DNA from: the human T2T-CHM13v2.0 reference genome, Homo sapiens
DNA length: 64,000 nucleotides
Reading direction: 5' to 3' (one strand)
Assembly (NCBI RefSeq): GCF_009914755.1
Contig: NC_060932.1
Of this stretch, positions 55,980 through 64,000 are shown piece after piece; position 1 is the first letter of the stretch; each line of letters begins with the position of its first letter. The position numbers and the translations under genes were made by a program. The notes beneath the pieces are model-generated. The model searched no databases. It saw nothing but the letters and a program-made list of their open reading frames with translations, and was not told the origin of the DNA.

Positions 55980-56363
55980 TGATGTAGTTTGCCTCTGTGT
56001 TCCCACCCAAATCTCATCTTGAAGTGTAATCCCCAGGTGTCAAGAGAGGGACCTGTAATCCACAGGTATCAAGGGAGAGAGGTGATTGAATTATGGGGAA
56101 AGTTTCCCACATGCTGTTCTCCTTATAGTGACTGAATTCTCATGAGATCTGATGGTTTTAAATGGTGGTTTTTCCTGCACTCTCATTGACTCTTTCTCAC
56201 TTGCTGCCATGAAAGATGTGCCTGCTTCCCTTTCTGCCATGACTGTAAGTTTCCTGGGGCTTTCCCAGCCTTGCAGAACTGTGAGTCAATTAAACTTCTT
56301 TTCTTTATAAATTACCCAGTCTTGGGTAGTGTCTTTACAGCAGTGTGAAAGTGGACTAATACA
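55980..56363 (+). mobile_element. THE1D-like solo LTR
   Basis: tgatgtagtttgcctctgtgttcccacccaaatctcatcttgaa ... gtggactaataca; decayed TSD acatt/acgtg. Confidence 0.9.
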
Positions 56364-56451
56364 ACGTGTGAAGGGAGAAGGAGCTAAAAAGGCAGAGTCT
56401 ATTGCCGCTAGAATTCCTGAATATCCTGATGGTTTGTTCTCTGTGTGTTGA

Positions 56452-56711
<260 letters not shown>

Positions 56712-57199
56712 GCACTAAGTCTTATGACTCCATATTTTACCAGTGACTCTAAGAGAAAAATGTGTCTAGTTGCTTATTTAACACACACACGTGCACAGTT
56801 GTACATGAGATGCATCCTAAATACACTGTTATGTGTTAAGACTTCAAGATACATTTAAAGTACTGTACAATGGAGTGCACAGTTGTCTCAGTTTGCATGC
56901 CATCAAGTCAGAAGTAAGCAGTATTCCAGCAAGCTGTTTACCATTTGAAAGAGATATTTACAGGTCTCAGTAGGTGAGGCTTCTTTTTGGCTCTGTGGTG
57001 TTTTGTGCAGCTTGAATGAATGGGTCTGGATTTCAAGGCACCAACCAAGTGGTATTTATAACAAAGCTAATATACAATGTTTGAGAGATTTTCAAGCACA
57101 ATCTCCATTTTAAAGAAAAGCAGAAAATACAGAGTGATTCTTCCCATTCTACAGATGAAAAGGAGATGTATTGCATGAAGCAATGGCTGCCCATCTGCA

Positions 57200-57420
57200 G
57201 GAGCATGGAGAGTGGAAAGTGCAAATTTTGAGTCAGAGAGACGTGAATTCAGTGTTCGGTTCTGCACTCGCTAGTCACTGGTCATGCATTTGAGCAAATT
57301 GTTAACCCCTGTGGGCCTTAATTTCTTTATCTGAAAAATAGGATCAAAATACATGGTTATTAATGATAGAATGGAAAGAGATCAAATGAGATAACTATGA
57401 AGCTTTCCATACTGAGCCAA
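57200..57420 (+). mobile_element. MIR
   Basis: tttgagtcagagagacgtgaattc..tttgagcaaattgttaacccctgtgggccttaatttctttatctgaaaaatagg. Confidence 0.75.
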
Positions 57421-58187
57421 GGACCAAGGTGCAATGAGACAAATATGTGCATCCTTCCTCCCCATTATCTCCCTCTTTTCTATATTTCCAGATTAGATAT
57501 CACTAACATGCAGGGCTGCTTGGGGGGATTAAAGGATATACATTCATATATAAACTAACCTATAGTAAGTACTTAATAACTGGTGGCTAATGCAATTCTA
57601 ATGGTAATAATAAATGAACAAAGCAAACACAATATTTCCTACCATTTTGTATAGAACTGTGAAGGACACAAGAGTCATATAAACTCAGCTCATTTCTTTG
57701 CCAGTTAGGAAATCTCCCTGATGAATGGTGTGCCTGAAGTACTGGAGTGGGGCATGGTTTAGTGTTAATCTCCCTTCTCAGGGTGGGCTGGAGACTCCAA
57801 AGCTTATGAATAAGGTGGGATTTGAGCAGGTCCTGGAAGGAGAGGAAAGAGAAGAATAAATGGGAAGAAAGGAGAAGGCATTGGAGGTGGATGACTCAGC
57901 AGGAGCAGAGACCTGGAGATGTGAATGAGGGTGGTGTGAGAGGAGGGGTAGGGAAGCTTCTGGCTTGGTTAGGGAATTGGGAATGTACCCAGAAGCAGGG
58001 AACATGGGACACATCCTAGGACCTATGGAGGGCCCTGAAAACCCAGCTGAGGAATTAGGGCTTTATTTTATAAGCAGCAGAGGGCCAGTAGAGATTCTTG
58101 AAAAGAGAAGTGTCATGATGAAAGAGATAGTTTAGTAGACAAATAGGGAAGAAATATTCAGGATGGATTAAAGAATAAAGAAGCTAA

Positions 58188-58465
58188 GGCCATGTGTGGT
58201 GGCTCACACTTGTAATCCCAACACTTTGGGAGGCCGAGGCAGGTGAATCACCTGAGGCTAGGAGTTCAAAACCAGCCTGGGTAACATGGTGAAACCGCGT
58301 ATCTATGAAACAAAACAAAAAAACCCCACAAAAATTAGCCGGGCATGGTGGCGACACCTGCAGTCCCAGCTACTGGGGAGGCTGAGGTTTGCAGTGAGCT
58401 GAGATTGCACCACTGCACTCCAACCTGGGCAACAGAGCGAGACTGTGTCTCAAGAAAAATAAAAA
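58188..58465 (+). mobile_element. AluS with a ~30-bp right-arm deletion, inserted in L2 (~57780-58620, minus)
   Basis: ggaggctgagg joined directly to ttgcagtgagc; diverged TSD aagaataaagaagctaa / aagaagaagcagctaa. Confidence 0.93.
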
Positions 58466-59367
58466 GAAGAAGAAGCAGCTAAAACCAGAGACCAGTTAAT
58501 AATTGCATTTCAGGAGAATGGTGATGAGGACATGCACCAGGGCATTGGCAGTTTCCTTCTTGTGGGAAGAAGCAAGACAAATAGATGCTGGAGGACAGAT
58601 GTTCAAACACTATGCAGGGCAGCTGCGGAGGGGTCCAGTATAAAGAGGTAATGCCATTCTTGGGACCAGGAGAACTGGCCTCGAGGAAAGGGGACTTGGA
58701 AATCTCGGCCTTCAGAATTGCAATCAGCTGGTTGATGCAAACGTTTGATTTCCCCCATCTCATAAATAGGCAAGACTTATAATTTGCACAATGGTATTAT
58801 TATTATCTAGGGCCTAGAAAAACAAAAATGATGTTTAAACTTCAGGCTTTTAAATCTTCCAATTTGTACTGCTCTCTGCCTAGCTAAATGCACAACACTG
58901 GAGCCCATTTGATGTTGAGCAAGGCTCTCTCCACACTGTCTTCTTCTTGATGAAACCTTAAATCAATGGATTTCCCATCCCCATTCCTCCCTTTTCCTCT
59001 CTAAAGATGAGTTGTTTCTGGTAACTGAAATTCTGTTTAAATATGTAGAGTTCTGAAAGGAGCGACGGCTGTTGTAGTGATATTTTAAATCATTAGAGTT
59101 TGTGACTTTAGACTATAAAATAGACGCCTATTAAAGTCCATAATTTAGGATGCTTCCATCATACACTGGAGAGGCAGAGACAGATGGAGGGTGGATGGAC
59201 TGGAGGGTGAGGCCAGGTGCAGTCCTGACTCTGCCCTGTGATGCTCTGGCCACTCCGGGTTTACTTTAAAGGAAACATTTAAGAGCAGGAGGAAGGCAGA
59301 TCCATGTGTCATTAATGCCTCTGTGCCATCTTTACCGTGGTCAGCCCTGATCTGTGCTGTTGGAGCG

Positions 59368-59398
59368 GTGTGTGTATGTGTGTGTGTGTGTGTGTGTG
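59368..59398. repeat. (TG)n microsatellite
   Basis: One interruption (ta). Confidence 0.95.
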
Positions 59399-59478
59399 GA
59401 GGGGGTGAGAGTGTGCAAGTCACTTGTACAAGGGTGACTATAACACAGTACCTGCCTTTGAGGGACACTATTCCAGTG

Positions 59479-59695
59479 CAGTGTTTCTCAAACTCTTTTT
59501 TTCCATTATCAACTTAACATCCCCCGTCTCCAGAGCCTTTTTAGACATATTTTCCTAACTGCCCTCCCCATGACATTTTAATATCACAGGCATACTGTGT
59601 ATTTGCTTATATACTGTGTATATAATCTTTTCCCTCTCATCAACCAATACTCTCCCCCTTAGAAAAGACATTGCCCCTGTTGAGAATGCATGTTC
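59479..59695. mobile_element. hAT-Charlie-type MITE
   Basis: cagtgtttctcaaac at one end and gttgagaatgcatg at the other. Confidence 0.55.
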
Positions 59696-59778
59696 TAGTT
59701 GGAATGGAAACAATGATGTGTTTCTTTTCCTTCCTATATTGGAGGTAGCTATAAAGACATAAATGAGCTCAGAGGACC

Positions 59779-60246
59779 TGTAGTAGGTGGAACAATGGCC
59801 CAAAAGGATACACCTGGGAATGTTACCTTATTTGGTATATTTATCAAATACCAAATTTTTACCAATTGCATTTGCAAGTGTCTTTAAATTAAGGATCTCA
59901 TTCTGGATTATCCAAGCAGGCTCTGAATCCAGTGATGAGCGTCTTTATAAGAGACATGCACAGAAGAGACACAGACACAGAGGAGAAGGCAGTGTGAAGA
60001 CAGGCAGAAATTGCAGTGATGCTGTCATAATCCAAGGAACACCCAATGCCTCTAGAAACTGGGAAAGGAAAGGAGGGCTTCTCCCCTCGAGTGTTTAGCA
60101 GGAGCGTGGCCCTGCCAGCACCTTGATTTCAGACTTCTAGTCTTCAGAAGTGTGAGGGAATACATTTCTGTTTAAATTTCTTAAACTGTAGTTGAAACCA
60201 CCATGTTCGTGATAATTTATTATAGCATCCCTAAGAAACGAATATA
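59779..60246 (+). mobile_element. MLT1C-like solo LTR
   Basis: tgtagtaggtggaacaatggccc; agaggagaaggcagtgtgaagac; ggccctgccagcaccttgatttcagacttct. Confidence 0.88.
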
Positions 60247-60449
60247 GGAGAGGATGGCCAACCTAGCCTCAGAGAGTATGAAGAAAACTAGAGAGGAGAT
60301 AGACAATTTTTGGAGTGAATCTAAATGAGCAGGAGGTGAGCAGGCAGAGGAAAGGAAGGGTATCCAGCAGAAAGAACAGCACGTGGATATAGGGAAGCAG
60401 CAATGTGAGAAATGGCCGTGTTTCTCAGGCTTCGTTATTGCCTGGACGC

Positions 60450-62185
60450 TTCTCCCCACCTGTATACGTGGGAGATCTTGAGAGTTCAGTGCTGGGGCCT
60501 CAATTCTTTTGTTTGTTCTCTCTCCCTAAGTGCCCTCATCCTTTTCCCATTACCGTATACATGCTGCGGACTCCCACATGTCTATCTTCTGGCCAGACCT
60601 CTCCACAATGGAACCTCAGATTCAACTGCCATTTGATGTCCCCAGTTGCCTGGGCAGCTTCACCATCAACTATTCCCACACCTCACACTGTTTGTTTTCC
60701 AGTTTCTCCTTTCTCTGTATCACCAATAATATACATCTTCATCTACCAGATTGCTCATTCAAGAAAGGTGGACAACCTTACAGAGGCCTGCCCCAGATTC
60801 CTCAGTCTTCACCAACAACCACCAGCAGCTCTCCATCCTTCTTCCTATCTATGTGTCTATCTATGTGAATAGATAGACACATTCACAGAGGTGCTCTTGC
60901 CTGCCACAAAGGCAGTAGAACACTGACAGCAGGGCTCCAGACTACCTAAGTTCCAATCCCTACTCTGTCCCTATCTTTGCCTCAGTTTCTCATCTGGAAA
61001 ACGTGATACAATTGTACCTTCCTCATAGGGTCATTGTGAAGGTTAAAACAATTAACCCGTGTAAAAGTTTTCGGAAACTAACACTAAGTATTAGCTAGTA
61101 TTGCAATCATTGCCAATGCTTTTGTTCAAGCCCTTATCATCTCCTCTCTCACTTAACACTGTTACAACAGCCTTCTGCCTAAAGTCTCCGATTCCTTCCT
61201 TGCTCCTTCAGAAATCGTTGTCTGCATTGAAAGCTTGAGTAGTTTCCACTACATTGAGACTGACCCCCCCACCTCCCTACCACATTCTACGGGGCTCTGC
61301 ACGACCAGCTACGTCCATCTGTCTCCTCAGCCTCAGCTCCCGTGATGCCCCATCACTTACTCTAGGGATATGCAAGATGGCAGCCGCTGGCCACGTGTTG
61401 CCATCAAGCCGTTGAGGTGACCTGGAGCCACATGACCAGTGACTGCCATCCTCCATATTCCTGTCCTAGAGTAAGTGAGGGAGCATCACGTGATGTCTGC
61501 ATTTGACTAAGTTTCAGGGACTATGTGAGCATATTTTTTCTGGTCTCATTCTCCCTGAAACTTGGCCAGTTGCAACTGAGATGTGCTCACAGTGTAAAAC
61601 ACACCCTGAAATTTGAAAACCTAGCAAGAGTAAAAGTATTTTTAAAAGTGACTAATTGAAAATAGATTGCATGTTGAATGATAATATTTTGGATATATTA
61701 GGTGAAGTCAAATATATTAATTTTTTCTCTTTTTTGTGAAAATAAATTTTAGAATCACATACATGGCTCACATTTGTTTCAACTGAATAGAGTTATTTCA
61801 TGGACTTCTATCAATTGTTAGGACATGCTAAGCCATCTCCAACCTCAGTCTTTGCACTTGGGCTTCCCTCTGCCTGGAACACCCTCCTCTTGCTCTTTAT
61901 GTGGCTAGATTTTCTTGTCTTCAGCTCCTATGTCACCTCTTGAAAGAGGCCTCCTCTGGCCATTCATGGCTATTCTGAATCCCAGCACTCTGTTTATTTC
62001 CTTCTTTGCACTATTTTTTTTTTTTTTTTTTTTTTGCATCTGATTTACTTCTCCCACTCAAAAGTAAGGCCCATGATTCAGGAGCCATCTGTCTTGTTCC
62101 CTGTTGCATCCCAGTGCCTGCAGGGTGCCTTGGGCACACAGTCCATCTCCAATACACATTTGTTGAATAAATGAAGCAACAAAGA
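60450..62185 (+). mobile_element. L2 fragments interrupted by a MIR (~60910-61110) and MER33
   Basis: gctggggcctcaattctttt..; ttccctctgcctggaacacc; 3' end cagtccatctccaatacacatttgttgaataaatgaa. Confidence 0.75.
61364..61795 (-). mobile_element. MER33 hAT-Charlie element carrying a ~145-bp rearranged insertion
   Basis: actgagatgtgctcacagtgtaaaacacacc; gcatgttgaatgataatattttggatatattagg; atggctcacatt; terminal part atggcagccgctggccacgtg. Confidence 0.8.
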
Positions 62186-62464
62186 GATTGTTTTTAAAGA
62201 AGGCATTTCTTGCCATTTGCAATATTCTCTGGGCTCTGTGGATGGCAAGGAAGTGTAAGAGGGGACATTTAAAAATTCTCCCCCACTGAAGACAGGAGTG
62301 GCAGACACCAACCTCTAAAGAGGCAGAAACACTCAAAGCACCACACAAACAGAGATCTAACTAAAGTGCTTTTAATATGCAGCAGCTGTCAGAGAAGGCA
62401 GGGCTAGAGGATGAACTTAACTGTAGTTAAAGTATCCCGCTCATCTGTAGGTATATAGTAAGAT

Positions 62465-62552
62465 TTTTGTTGTGTTTTGTTTTATTTTATTTTTTGCGAC
62501 AAGATCTCACTCTGTCACCCTGGCTGGAGTACAGTGGTATGATCACAGTTCA
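62465..62552 (-). mobile_element. Short Alu 3' fragment (J-like)
   Basis: T-rich tail plus gacaagatctcactctgtcaccctggctggagtacagtggtatgatcacagttca. Confidence 0.8.
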
Positions 62553-62915
62553 TCCACCTGGAGGTAGGTTGATTTGCTTCTCTTCCCCAGCCAGTCACCA
62601 AGACAGATTCATTGTTTCTGCTTATGAAATGCTCTGCAACCTGAACCCTTCTCTCTGCATCGTCTCTCCTTGCCTTGGGTCAAGCTCCCATCATCTCCTG
62701 CGTCTAATCCCGCAGGCTTCCAACTAGCCTCGTCCCTCCAGAGTCTCCCACTGGAATCCTCTCTCCCCACTTCTGTAAGAGTGATCCTACCTAAAGTGTC
62801 AATCTCCACTCCCCATCCCTGAAGTTCTTTTAGTAGCTTCTCGTGCCTCTTAAAATAAAGCACACATTCCTTCGTCAAGCATATAAATTCCTTTATGAGC
62901 TTCCCCCTACGTACA

Positions 62916-63481
62916 CACGGTGGACAGTTTTCCAAGGTGGCCCAATGGTCCCCTTCTCCTGGTATTTACCCCCTGTGTCATCCCTTGCCATGGAATGTGA
63001 GTTAAATCTAGGGACACTCCTCTAGCAAATAGAATATGGCAAACAGAGTGGGATGTCATGTCTAAGGTTAGAAAGGACCTTGACTTCCATCTTGCTGGCA
63101 CCAGATAATTCTCTTGATCTCTTGTTTACTCACCCTGCTGGCAGCAGCTGTCCTGTTGGGTGCTGCCCCATAGAGAGGCCTACAGGGCCAGGAGCTGAGG
63201 GAGTTCTCAAGCCAGCAGCTAGTGCAGAAGCGAATCCTGCCAACAGCCACTTGAGTGAGCTTGGAGCAGATAATCCCCCTCACATCCATGGATGCTTGAG
63301 ATGACTGCAGCCCTGGCTGACACCTCAATTGCAGCCTCCTTAGAGATAAGAGCTGGAACCAGAGGCACCAGCTGAAGTGGGCCTGAATTCTTGTTCTACA
63401 GAGGCTGTGAGATGATAAACATTTGTTGCTTTAAGCTAGGTTTTAGGGCAGTTTATTAAGCAGTAATAGATAACTAATACA
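62916..63481 (+). mobile_element. MLT1E/F-like solo LTR within L2 (L2 at ~62590-62900 and 63482-63980)
   Basis: aatagaatatggcaaa; aatcctgccaacagccacttgagtgagcttggagcaga; gatgactgcagccctggctgacacc ... gtaatagataactaataca. Confidence 0.88.
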
Positions 63482-64000
63482 CTGAGTTTTCAACCTCACC
63501 TTGTACTCACTTCTATTATACCTGCACACCCAATACTCCTATCACACTGAACTTCTAGCAAGTCCCTAATACATCCTTCATCTTCAGACTTTTGTATATA
63601 TCATTTATTTCCTCTTTTGATGCCATTTATTAATTTCCAGCCTGGTAACACACGTTCCTTTATCAAAACCCATCTGTAGTAACACGGCTGTTCAGATGGC
63701 ACTTCCAGTCTACCAGGCAGCCACTCCTCTACACTCCCAAATGCTTCAGTGCATTTCACTTAGAGCACTTTGTGGTGCTGTGGTGGTTTATGGATGAAGT
63801 GTGCTCCTTTCATGCGCCTTCCCCACCCCCTTAATTCCCCTCCCTCACACTCCCTCTGCCTGGTCCCCTTCAGCCACTACACCCAGAATTCCTAGTCAGA
63901 AGGAACTCTGTGTTCGTCTTCTATCTCCATTACCTCACACAGGGCTTTGGGCATATCCACAATTTAGGATTTTCAGTAAACAGAATTCTAAAATTGACAT

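Noticed and set aside
55536-56363. Two adjacent co-oriented MaLR LTRs as one provirus
   Set aside because: They are different subfamilies with separate TSDs and no internal sequence, so they are independent solo LTRs.
60405-60872. 155-aa ORF and overlapping ORFs
   Set aside because: They lie in a decayed L2 fragment, with no recognisable protein similarity.

Overview
Primate, most likely human, non-coding genomic DNA (intergenic or deep intronic). I see no credible protein-coding gene, RNA gene, CpG island or CRISPR array; the ORFs in the track are repeat-derived or chance. Much of the window is interspersed repeats: about 10 Alu-type SINEs, old L1M blocks (minus strand ~1.2-9.8 kb; plus strand ~11-12.6 kb and ~24.5-29.3 kb), many solo LTRs (THE1, MST, MLT1/2, MER4A, MER34, LTR33/16-like), MIR/L2/L3 and DNA-transposon fossils (MADE1, MER20, MER33). 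Subfamily names come from my recollection of consensus sequences and need RepeatMasker/Dfam confirmation. I cannot support an undescribed multi-gene system here. The most unusual items are: (1) a rare SVA2-type retroposon (4 x 40-bp VNTR, unique 3' end, tail and TSD, no SINE-R) nested in a THE1 LTR at 52.4-52.7 kb; (2) a double fold-back (two adjacent inverted duplications) inside a MER33 at 61.3-61.6 kb, with more hairpins nearby; (3) a tail-less, TSD-less internal L1 endonuclease fragment patched into an older L1 at 27.9-28.6 kb; (4) repeat-free, homeodomain-motif-dense candidate developmental enhancers at ~21.6-22.2 kb and ~46.9-47.5 kb; (5) a young 5'-truncated AluYc1-like insertion, a 34-bp mini-MADE1 and an old ~160-bp local duplication.
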